Positions 25,601-37,428 of a stretch of DNA of 64,000 bases are shown here, piece by piece. Numbering within the stretch: position 1 is the stretch's first letter; every line of letters begins with the position of its first letter. Below the pieces are notes generated by a model, which ran no database searches, was not told the DNA's origin, and saw nothing but the letters and a program-made list of their open reading frames with translations. The stretch lies in contig CM120646.1 in NCBI GenBank assembly GCA_051362555.1, forward strand, positions 12,338,001-12,402,000, in the 5' to 3' direction. A program made the translations under genes and the position numbers. The stretch is from Lingula anatina (lineage: Eukaryota; Animalia; Brachiopoda).

Positions 25601-28600
25601 TCACAGGAACAACTGCATCTTCATCTGTATAAAAACCCCCATCGTGCATGGGCTCCACCACCTCTTGTGGTTCTTGCTCTGGGGAAGCAGATATCTGGAC
25701 TTTGCAAACTCGGTAATTCTTAATATTGTAACCTAGGTGTGGATGGCACTGCTGGAGATGTAGCAAGTGGAAGAACCTTGAATATGTGAGGTAGCCACAG
25801 TATTTGCAAACGAACATGTGCACCAGGATATGTTCCGTGAATGTCTCTTGGTCGGTTGTTTTGTAAGAGCAGAAGCTGCAGTAATAGTGTAGAATTTCAC
25901 TCGAGTTTTCATGGAGTTCTTCTGACACGAAACCACACACGTCAGACAATTCTTCATCTTTAGGATTACTCAGCTTTGTCCTATCAATAAACAGCAGATT
26001 TAAATGCAAACTCGAGTATGGTTCAGCAGTTGCAAACGGAACTGAACCTTGTGATTCCGATCCCTCTTGTTGAGATCTAGGCTCAAACCTGGGTTGGGAC
26101 ACTACAGATTTTGGGAGCATGTTTACCCTTCCTGTACTTTGCCAGGTTACGGGAGAAGTTCCTCCTCTATGGTGGCCAATAGCAACATGACCTGCTTTGC
26201 TGTGACTGGTTTCCATGGAAACCATGCTGTGGCTGGTTTCCATGACACCAGCATTACCAGTTGGCCATCGTTGTGGATGGTTTCCAATGGCAATGGGAGC
26301 CCACTTGGCCTGCCTGCTTGACACTGGTAAGAGATGATGAGTTAAGTCCGTAGTTACCCCTTGGGCTGTTTCCATGGCAACTGCACCTGGCCCTCTAATC
26401 TGTGGGGCAACTCTGGCACACTTTCCATCTAAGAAAAAAAGAAAATATAAAAATGAAAGAAACGTACTTCAAAATCTGTACGTAAAAATATTTTCTTTGT
26501 GTATGTTTCCTTATTAAATAGTATTGTACAATACATAACAAAAACCTGACATACCTAGTACGCACTTTTTGGTGCAATCTTTATCACATTGTGCTGCAAT
26601 AAACATTGTGTAGAACATCATCCACATGAAGAAAATTCTAACGTGATCTGATACAGGATATTCTGATATAATGCGTCTAATTGTTAACATTAAATGCACT
26701 GAAGATGTATTAGGAGTTCACAGACAAGGACATCATTAATCAGTGTTCTTGTCTCAATAAAAAGGCACACTAGTAGTTCACAGTATCTGTTTCGGGAAAA
26801 GGGATAGGTTTAAGCACAACCTGTAGGAAGTGAACATCCTGTTTCATACAGGAACGGAAACAAAACAACTACACAACTGAGTTTAAGAGAAATACTTTCA
26901 ATTAAAATCAACCATCCCATTTTTTAAGCCATCTGAAAGCTGTACAAGTCAAGGAACCCGGAAACCACAAATTAACCTAGTTAAAATCTAAGACATTTGG
27001 ATTTAAAACACTTACGGACTCCAACTATGCTATGATACAACAAAGAGTATTTGGGTCCTTAATACCTTTTTTCTTGAACCCATCAAATTATTTACTATAT
27101 TCTTCTTATCTTTTTCAGATATTCTAAGTTAATTCCGAATTTAAGAAATATAATTTTTTTTCAAATTTAATGTACCGACCAATGTATTTAACATTCAGCA
27201 TTTCCCTACCTACTTACATTGCATTATTCATCACAATCTCATTAGTGTCACGACAAGTTAAAATACAAAGATTTATTGTCACCTTTGGAGTGTGGCGCAT
27301 TCCTGACAAATCCTCCATCATGGTTACCAGACGCTGCCATATCATTATTTTCTTGAAAAGCCCCAGGTGGGATCTGCATCACACCTTTGGCTGCGTCTTG
27401 TCTTGGTTCAGATGTCCTGTTTACCCTGCTTAAACTATTATTATTACTTCCACTTCTATTATCTGCAATTGGCATCCCACTTGACGGAGTTGCACTAGCA
27501 CCAAGGTGGATAACTGGAGGACTTTCATTAAAAGCACCTTTATAACTGGGTTGCACGTGGACCTGGTTGCCCCTAGCAATAGTAGGGTTACCATGACAAT
27601 GGGTGGAGATATCCTGGTTGGTAGGTGTGACAAGGGGCGGAGCTACGTGGTTGCTTGGCGATGGCTTTTTCATACTGAGGTCCAGAGCTGCCTTGTCTGC
27701 CATGTCATCATCCTCTGTAACGAATTGGCCCAGGAAGACTGTCTGGGTCGGGTCAAAGGTCAGACTGCCCTGATCATGCTCTTCGTTTTGAGTTTTCATC
27801 TCCACCTCGGCTGAGTCTGAAAAAGTGGGTTTAACAACTTAAGAAACCATATGCCAGTTAAATTACCTAACCTGTTCTTCTCACATTCAACATTTCACCA
27901 TAATTCATTTTTGAAGGGTTATTCATTTTTGAAAGACTTGGCTTATTCCACACTCATAATTATCAATAATAATAATTTCATATTTCAAACCTATACCTTC
28001 AGTCAACTGTTCATCTTGACCATTCAAGAAGGAAGACTACCTAGGAGACCTACAAGATAAATCATACTAAACCCGTCTATGCAATAAGTTTATCCAATTT
28101 TAACTTCTCTAGATCTTTGCATAAAATTGTAATAATATCCAGGATTTAGCTAAAAACTATGTCAGCTACTTAAACGCAAAAATCTCATGCCTCAGCGCAT
28201 TACACTCTTCCATAAAGTAAACTCCATGCCAACCTGTAAATTTGACCTCCCCACCCCCAAACGGAGATTAAACAAACTTTGTTTCCAGGCAAAGCCGCTA
28301 AGCTGACTGAAGTTTAAATGCAAAAGAACAATTTTACCTTTATCAAGTTTATGAAACCCACTGATCTTTGCTGAACAAGACAAACATATCTCACTAAATT
28401 ACTAGTACTGTATGTACCTGAAATTTGCAGCCTCTAAAGCTAGCATTGCAAGGAATCTGGACTTTCCTCTGGCACTTTTCATTTTACATTAATTTACTTT
28501 GAGTGTTGTCCTAAACCACTGGTAAACAGTGTTTTTTGTCACTTTTGTATCCTTCATAAAAAGTGAATAACTCTGCTTCGAGTTATTTTTAGATTCTGGA

Positions 28601-31600
28601 TAAAAAACATTTCAAAGAATTCTATCTCAGTGGGTTAACAGGCTTTTCAGTTAGGTAAACAACCTGAACCGTAACTCAACTCTCACATTGATTTTTCTGT
28701 CATGAGGCATATAAATGCCTGGTTAATAAGATATCTAAATAATAAATATATTTATATACAGCTGATTCCTAAATCAAACCTAGACTTTTTCAAAACATTA
28801 AAATAACCTTGGTTTAACCAATGATCTAAATTCAGATTTCTCTGTTTTACAACTAGTAAAAAGTCCGATTTATTTTGTTTACCCCCACACCTACATTGCT
28901 TCTATGCAGTACTTTCTGTTTCATTGTTATGAGAATAAGTTGGCAGAAATGAGGTGGGGGGCTCGTAAGGTCTCATCCAGAGAGGTTGTTATAAAAATAT
29001 GTATGTATTCAGAAGGAAGGCTCAATTGCAAAGCCCTGCCTTGTAGCCTACCCAAAGTTCACCTGGGGTAGAAGGGACTAGTACAGGTTACTGATGAAAG
29101 ACATCCGTTCAGTGTTTAAGCAACCAGCTCTACACAATGTCTATATTTCTATTTTTAATGCCTAATACCATATTTTCATGGACAATTAAAAGACATGGCC
29201 AAAACCAATAATGGTTATAACAGAATGATACAATCTACTTCTTCTTGCAGATCCAACCTTTTTTCGCGAGCATCAGTACCTGATGTGGCACTGGTAATGC
29301 ACACTAACAGCCTTCCATTGATTCTTCACTAGAGCTTGACAACATGCTAAGTACCTGCTGATACAAGAACCGTACAATACCACACCTTGTCAAGTGCCCT
29401 GAAATGAGTTTCTCTTTTTACGTCAACTCAGCAGAGCATGTCTTTTTTTTTATAAATTCAGTTGTTATTGAGTGTTTTACCTAGTCCCACCTTATATATA
29501 AACAGCTTGTTGACAATGACAAGGGTTTGAGGGCGTGACAACCCACCCTTTTTCACTGGTAGACCTTCGTATTGGTAAACAATCCCCCCACACCCCACAT
29601 TGAAAATTTGTGACGACTTTAAGGTGGTTGATTTTGATTTTTATGTTGCTTTCATCTTCCATGACATAAAAAATTCTTATTAGGGAAAAGATGCAGCATA
29701 CGTGAATTAAATGAAATTTAGACTAAAAAAGTGTGTAAAGTTTTTATTACACTGTCTCACCTTTGAGTCAGCGCGAATTTCCTAGAATGCTTTTCTTTTT
29801 CTTCATTTTCCCTAAAACTTGATTTAGGGTTTGTGTGTATGCTGCTTTTTTTCCAAAATGTGCAGAAATAAACCGTTTGCCTGCTCAGACAAGCACCAAT
29901 TCAGACCAAGAACGAGACAAAATCTTGTTAAAAGACCATGGCACACAAATCAAGATCAGCATCCAGTACTTAATCTAAAGAAGTCCTACAGAACAAATCT
30001 GCCTTAATTATTTAAGTATAAAAAACTATAAGTACCCTTATGGCTGGTTTCCATGACAGCTTTTTTTTATGTCCTCATCATGTTGATCTCAGAACTGTGT
30101 TACTTATCTTACATTACAGAACCAAGTGTGGTCGCACTCAGCACAGCGAAATGTGACCTGCTGACTTGTGGGTTACTGAGCTGACTACCTTGTGAGAGCT
30201 TGCTCTTGTAATACTACCCAACAGGGCGTAGCCAGAAATTTGTCAGGTGTTGGGGTTTCAACTTCTGTATGGTGAAGTGAAAATGCATACGAAGAAAATG
30301 GATAAAGGAGGCCTACCTCCTTTCTTTAAGAACATATTGAGACAATGATTTTGAATATTCTGGGGTTGCACTTCAGAGTTTCAATTTCATGCATGCACAC
30401 AACACACACACACATACACACACACGAGGAGGAGACAGCAAGCAGCATTATAACCTTTTCATACATAACTTTATGTTTATGCCCTGGTTTTTCAAATAGA
30501 GTACACTTATCAGATTAAAATCCTGCACAATTCAGTTTAATATAATAGTCACATTCACTGCTACGGATCTGGATAATTCATGGCACATTTCTCCAAAGCC
30601 TTAGAGACAAGTGCACATTATTAAACAAGAGGGCAACCGGTCACCCAATAAAACTGTTATAGAAATGTCTTGATTCATAAAATTTTCAATCACTGGTTTT
30701 ATGCGAGAATATGCTTGTTTCAGCTATTCCCATCTTTTGGGAACTGACAGAATTGTAAGACTGAATTAATAAAGCGTAGCCAAACCTTGTCTCATTTTTC
30801 AAGTTATGGTATAGTTGTTCCTTTTGAATTATTTACTAAATAGCCCAGATGTGGGGGATATGAAGAAGTATATTTTCTGAAAAATTCTTGTCAATAGCAA
30901 AATATATAGAAAAATTTAAATTAAAAAAAAATTATAATAATAAAATAAATACACAATCTGTACAAATTAAAATTTGCCAAAAATATATTTTTTCCGCCCT
31001 TATGTTGTGCTAAGATGATTATGTTTAGGTTTATAATATGTTATCAGGACAACATAACATGCTAAACCATGCTATTCATCACAGTCCAAAAAGGTAAATG
31101 ACCTGCACTTCTTTTCTTCTTATTATCTAGTTTGGAAGCATTCTAACGTCAACATGAAACATTGGACAGGATTCTAATGTTTGTTGCTCATGTAATCTGA
31201 CCATAAGATGTACACTGAAGGTGAAATTTAAATTCAGAGCACGGGGCTTATAAAAGCTAAAACTACCTATACTTCCAAGGGCAACTGCTGGTTTTTATAG
31301 CAATAATGTCCACTTTTTATTGACTTGGAATATTAAGTATTTATGAAACAGCCATGTTTTGATCTTTCAACAAGAGCTTCATCAAGATGTATGTTCCAAT
31401 TTGGGCACAGGTTGTTGGGTATGTGTTGATTGAACTGTAAATGATTCCACCCACGGTAGTAACAATGGCAAAAAGGTGTTTCATAAATATTTTAAGTTCC
31501 AAAGGAGTAAATTATCCTTATCACTTAACTGTTAGTATATACCAAATCTTGGAACCATGAACAATGTAACAAAAAGAAAATCAGTATGGCACTGTTGTTT

Positions 31601-31896
31601 TGCCTTTGACATTGAGGGAAGTGCCACAGGAACAGGACAGGCTGTAGCCTGAGCGAATAAATTTGCTGTCAAGCATATATATAGTCTTTTTTCCTATATT
31701 TCAAGGAAGGTAAAATATTTTTCTTTTGTAAACATGTTAAGAGTATGGTAATGTGCTACATTTGTGACTGTTATTATTCATTAACATCCTCATGACTGAG
31801 TTCACTGTGGCATTCTCGCTATATCATTTCTGTCACACAATCAATTTCCTTGCTGCTGTTAAATTAATTTCCTTGCCTGTTTATATTCTTAGTAAA

Positions 31897-31990
<94 letters not shown>

Positions 31991-34900
31991 CTGTAGACTA
32001 ATTATTAATGTCAAAATTATATTAATGAAAATCTCTTTCAACTAATATCTAAAAGACCTCTTTTCTACTCTGCTTCATGTCAGATGTTCAATTTAAACCT
32101 CCAGTAAACATAACACTTCATCAACTGTATATACTCAGACACTTAATGGACATGTATACATGTAATAAACCTGAATATAATTATCATAGCATTTAACTGC
32201 ACTTACTGCACTGTATTCTGAAGTCTAGAAATTAAGTACTAGTATGAGAAGTACATTGCTGTCAGTCTTAACAAATATTTACAAAAAATTAAAAACAACA
32301 TTTCCTATTTTTCCAGGTGTAGACATCGCGGTTTACAAAATTTGAAGTTAGAATAATTTTTCTATTGTGAATGAGACAAGAAAATAATAATAATAAAAAA
32401 AACATTGAGAATAAAGTCATTTTCTCTTCAATCAAAAGCTTATATTGAAACTGTTTACATCCAGTATTTGATATCTGTCAGAGCCTCTTCATCAGTGAAT
32501 GAGGCTATCCAAGTGAAAATTTAGCTTCTATTCAGGAGAAAGACTTGCTCCCCTCCCCACCTACTGCCTACAGAAATTCTCTGACAAACCCAATTATTTT
32601 GAAAATGAATCAAGCACTTTGCTTAGTGCATTTTTTCAGCCTGTACCAGGATAAGGAAATGAAGCAATGTGTCCAGAAAGACTGCAGTCAAGGAAGCTTG
32701 CAGCAGGTGTCATTTTGTAGGTGGTCAGGTTCATGAAAGGTCAACAAAGATATTCATCAGCTAACTGACTGTACATTGTCTGGGGTTAAGAAGAAAGCAG
32801 TAATCTTTTTGTCAATGTACAGCAAGAGAGATGAAACTTTTGTTTAAAATTTGTTTTAACAGTATTTTGATGCCAATTTAGACCATCTTCACCAGGTAAT
32901 GAACCTATCCAGATGGACAGCCTCCATCTAGGGGAAATACTTATCCTTCTCCCCTCTCTAAACTACAATTCTAGCTGTCGATTTATGAAAAAAAAAAAAT
33001 ACTGGTAAAGGTTTTTTCTGAACTTGCATAACATAGCCCTTGCAATTCTTTTCTGATTTCTGTTGATTGTCTTTTATAGTTTCAGTTAAAATGCTGCCAA
33101 TTACACCTTATCAGCAAAAGGGGGGGGGGGGGGGTTTCGAAAAAAGAACCACCCGTTTTGCTGGGAAAAGGTCCATTCTGGGTAAAATTTGATCAATGTA
33201 CTTGAGGATTTGATGGTAAAAGGTCCACTTTTTCAGAAAACGAACCCCCCTCCCCTCTGAAATTGGTGGCTACGGGCCTGTCACACATACACATGTACAA
33301 AACAAATAAATAAACAAATAAATAAGTCAAAAATATAAATAAAAGACTTTGAAAGACTTCATTTTTTCACTGTTCCAAAATTTGGCAAATGATCCCTTCA
33401 GACATCCTCCATACTAACAGGCACTGAGAATCCAAACCCAATTTGTTATTTCCTAAAACCTGACAGCTGCACCTCCATGTTCTAATAACATCCTGTTAGA
33501 GAGCACCAAACACAGCAAAACAAACCTAAATCTGAGACCACAACTAATGGACACGTATTCTTTCCACAAAAATATAGCCATCTCACCTTGAATAATTAGC
33601 CAATTATTGGGACCACAAATTGCAGGTCTTTATAATACAAAGAAAAGCCCTTGTAATATATACGAGGATCAATCAGATAAAGTACTGCTGAAACCAGAAA
33701 CCGACTTTATGATATCCAAGGCAAAAATACAACAAAGAGACTTCAATCAGTATGGATTGTATTACTAGTAAGCTTGAAATCTTTAATAAATGAAATTCTA
33801 AATTTTTCCACTTTCTGGTAAAAAATATGGTCTTCAAATGTATCTTATGCCATAAAATGCTAACAACAAACCTGAATAAAAACAATTTCTAATCCCTTTC
33901 AAGAGAGACAACTACCATACTTAACTAGTATTTAACAATTATCACCTCAGTATAAACCATCCTTTGACTCATCTACAGGTGCAAGATAATGTATAAAAAA
34001 TGAAAATGGATCATAGCTATACAAACTACACTCTCTTCCCCCCCCCCCCCACTCCAACCAGTAAAAAAAGGGGGAGGGCTCACACCAAGGCCTACCAAGT
34101 GAAACTGAGCAAGTGGACAGACCTGTCATTAGGACCCCATTCCCACAGATTAGATCGATCCAAACTAGATCGACCTAACTCCCTGGGGGTTCACGCTAAA
34201 CAGCTGTCAGCCCAGCGGGCACGAAAGTTAATTACCCCCTTACAGCTTGTAGTAGGCGGGACGGACATTTAAGCCGGATTATATGACAGTAACCTAGCGA
34301 GACTCCCCACGGGGATAGATCGATCTAAATGTCTGGGAATACGCCCTAGGTCACCTGCTCCTAGTTATATTCCAGGACTACAAAAGACAGAAAACATACT
34401 GAAAGGTTGTCATATGATAACACTAGTTAAAAGATAATACAAAATACCTTCCATCATTGTCTACTATGTCTAAAATCAAATCATGGAAGAAACTTGAAAT
34501 ATCGATGGAAAAGCAGTCCTTTTCTTAGGCCCCTGTATTTAGTTGATGTTTTTATCTTTTTTCGAAATAGGTCAGATTATGCAGCCTTGACCCTAAGATA
34601 GCCTATTTTATCAATGTTTATATTGTGTTATGAAGCCACCTGACTAGTACACTACACGTACAACAGTTATATTATCCCATTTATTCCTTTGTCTTAAATA
34701 AAATCAACAATATTCATTTTAGATAAAAACAATCTTTATACTGAATACTGACTTTGTACTGAATTAAAACTCCATTTGAATTGAACAGTGCACTGTTTTT
34801 TTATTTTAATTTACAAATTGTCAATTTAACAGAAGAATAAATTACATGACTCAAACACTTTATCTTAGGCCTCGACACATTACTATTTCTTTAAACAATA

Positions 34901-35421
34901 GGATTTTTGGCTTTCTATACACATAAAAGGTGATTTAATCCACTTTTTTGTTAAAAAACTTAATCACAGATTTTATATAAAATAGAACAAAACAAGTTGG
35001 TGTTTATTCATTCAATTAACCTGTCTTGTTGCATCTTTGCGCATTTTTGCGTATTTAAGCATGACTGCAGTTAATGTAAGCAGCTTAATTTTCTGGCAAA
35101 TCCTTCCATTCTTGGGTTAGATCATGAAAACTTTGTGGTCAATAATGTTGTTCAGGTTGCTTTTTGCGAGGGGGCGTGCCAGACAATTCAACTGATTATA
35201 CTGACTGCATCGTAGCAAGAATCTCCGCTGAGATAGAACTATCCTACTTGTGAACACAGCCTATGTTTCCCGTCCCATCAAGCTTTCAAACACAAAATCA
35301 AGTTTTATCTGAAGGCAAAAACTTTAACCCAATTATAAACTTATCATTTCATCATTATTTTAAAGGCATAGTATGTATTAACAAATAAATAAAATTGAGT
35401 TTGAAGCTACTAACCTTCCAT
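19663..35421 (-). CDS. Large ETS-domain transcription factor (ESE/ELF3-ELF5-like ETS domain) with tandem C2H2 fingers and an AT-hook, ~1861 aa; exons 35421-35415, 27816-27283, 26428-23126, 22859-22726, 22417-22234, 21766-21571, 21115-21007, 20781-19663
   Basis: ETS domain LLWQFIRDLLKNPTYCPRIIKWENQKDGVFRIIHSEEVAKLWGKKKSNPIMTYENLSRAIR|FARTAGYF...KKLCFKFG across two exons. AT-hook RRGPGRPPK. Fingers CSFC-x12-HILVH and CKYC-x12-HLQQCH. All eight exons join in phase (5586 nt). The tiny first coding segment is the least certain part. Confidence 0.85.
21007..21766 (-). CDS. ETS DNA-binding domain exons (21766-21571 and 21115-21007)
   Basis: Conserved ETS tryptophans (LWQF, IKW, LWG) and the MTYENLSRAIR recognition helix. 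A phase-2 intron falls within the second Arg codon. Confidence 0.92.
30624..31255 (-). mobile_element. Possible Helentron-associated (HINE/DINE-like) element
   Basis: On the minus strand it starts ttttataagccccgtg and ends with the short palindrome gggtgaccggttgccc followed by tcttgttt, as is typical of HINE ends. Confidence 0.35.
31897..31987. repeat. Compound (TG)n(AG)n microsatellite
   Basis: Direct observation. Confidence 0.95.
33115..33280 (-). mobile_element. MITE family B copy with one end lost
   Basis: The reverse complement aligns with 3666-3815 (caggccc.tagcca, ttttctgaaaaa.tggacctttta, gaccttttcccagc). Confidence 0.7.
34132..34346 (+). mobile_element. MITE family A, copy 2
   Basis: TIRs attcccacagattagatcgatc / gatcgatctaaatgtctgggaat. 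Homologous to 3197-3419. Confidence 0.8.
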
Positions 35422-35997
35422 TGTTGCTGTTCTCTGAGTTTCTTCTGTTCTCACCTCTCCATTCTGTTCCTGAGGAAATAAAATTCGGTATTTAGTAACT
35501 TAAAACCACAAAGAGGAAGTCAAAAGAGGAAATAGATGTTACAGTCCAATTGAATATAGAAGAGTGACTGTTTTATCTCTCCCACGCATCATTGTGCTTC
35601 AATTTGTGACTCAAGGTTTGGTTCATTCTTGATCTCAAACTAAATACCGCAGGCGTTTACTTCTTATGTTTTCATGTTTACAAATTTAACTTTTTAGAAT
35701 GGTGATCCCTTACGTATTTTATCAGTCCAACGTGACACTTGACAACTGTTTTACATTGTGTTTTAATGGAAAACAAAGTTATGTCAATTTGCAGTATTCT
35801 TTTTTTTTAAATTCCTAAACAAAAACGCGTCAACTGATGACTCAGTTTGCACAGGAAATTAGGGAGTGGGGGTGGTGACAAGTTGTAAACAGCTAACATT
35901 TCTACGTTTTCTGACAATTTTCTTGCATATATGTCACTAAAATCGATCGCTACGTGATAAAAGTATGAGTCCAAGAATAAATTTGATAAGCACTAAC

Positions 35998-36381
35998 CTT
36001 TCCATTTTAATGCAAAACCTTACGAAGCTTTACTTGACTGTTCCAATTCTCAACCCATAGTGCTTACGATAAATAGGTCATGGTCTCGTTCTCAGGTGAA
36101 AGGTCAAATACTAGCTACGGACTTAAGATATTTTGAAATGTATTTTTAAACAAAATATAGAAAGTGTTGCAACATCTTTGAATTAATAATATCAGTATAT
36201 ATATCTGCTTTTAGATAACTGCTCGTGTAAATATTTCACATCAAACTTGCTTTTATCAAAGCACTTTCGTTTTAAGCCCGTAGCTAAGCTTTATTAGACA
36301 AAATGGAGGGAGAAAGTGGGTCAAAATTGCGAAGTTTTTTGCCCAATATTTTGCCACAATGAAAGTATAAAGCTACAAAGT
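35998..36381. promoter_or_regulatory. Compact bidirectional promoter and first exons shared by the ETS gene (-) and the IRF-fusion gene (+)
   Basis: Divergent donors: AAG|GTTAGT on minus after 35998 and AGT|GTGAGT on plus after 36381. Local CpG enrichment at 35.6-36.7 kb. Inverted 15-mer pair at 36112-36126 and 36272-36286. Confidence 0.6.
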
Positions 36382-37428
36382 GTGAGTAAAACTGATACTT
36401 AATATTTGATATTAATGAATTACAAAAGTATACTTATTTTGCTGTGTCTTTATTTCTGTGGGGTCGCGTTGACTTTCGCGTTCAGGGATGGGCATGTGGG
36501 AGGTCAACCACTTTTGTTTGTCGAGGGGCCACGTTTCGTTTCGTCCTTAAACTAGTTTCAGCATCCCGAATAGCACTGTAAACAGTTCATTGATATTGCG
36601 TGGGCTATTTTTGGTCACAGTTAGCTGAAAATCAATTTTCGATGATTGAATATGAGGCAAATTTTCTTATTGAAAAGGTCGGTGTTACGTGTGACAATGT
36701 TGTTCATATGGTGAATTATTTTCAGTCAGTTATTTTAGGGTATTTAGACCAATTATTTAAATGTTTATCAGTATTAGGGGTTTATCCACTTTTCTAAATT
36801 TATTTATATTTATTTAATTTTTTCAGCTACCCATTAAATGTATTTTACATAATTTTCTGGCAAAGCAGTATCAAATTTGACAGTTTAAAAAATCTGGCTA
36901 ATAGTATTTAGTTAAGCTTTATGTGATTATTCATTTATGAATATAAGCATTATTTTGTTACGTAAATTCATTGTGATCTTGACCTTTATTCTAAATTTAT
37001 CTAATACATGTCCTTGACCTATATTTTAAATTGGTCAATAAACATTTCAGATCAATTTTTATGTGTGCTATGTACAGCATTTTCTATGATTTTATAGTTG
37101 TAGTTGATATGTCCTTTAGTGCCAAAGTTGACATAAGATTGATTCATTAGTTTTGTGACCAGAGATTCAGTTTCTTTTTTCACTTTTAGATTTTATACAA
37201 TTGGTTTTAATGAAATTTACCAAGTAACTTCTTTATCAAACTAGCCACATTCTCTGCTTTAGGGGCAGTAGATTCATAGGCCCCTTTCACATCATGATGA
37301 TTACCTATCTATATGGCAACGTTATGACTGGTCCTTAGTTTCACAGTTGAGTCGAGTTTTCTTATAGATATCTGTTGGGACCAATCAAAATAAAGTTCTG
37401 TTGTGGTTTCAGACATTCAGTTTCACTT

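Noticed and set aside
3197-34346. Large inverted segmental duplication suggested by the mirrored order of MITE families A and B at 3.2-3.8 kb and 33.1-34.3 kb
   Set aside because: Spacing differs and the flanking and intervening sequences show no similarity. Independent insertions explain it.
36303-36362. ATG in the first plus-strand exon as start of the IRF protein
   Set aside because: The frame stops after 19 codons within the exon, so it is at most a uORF. ATG 37429 was used.
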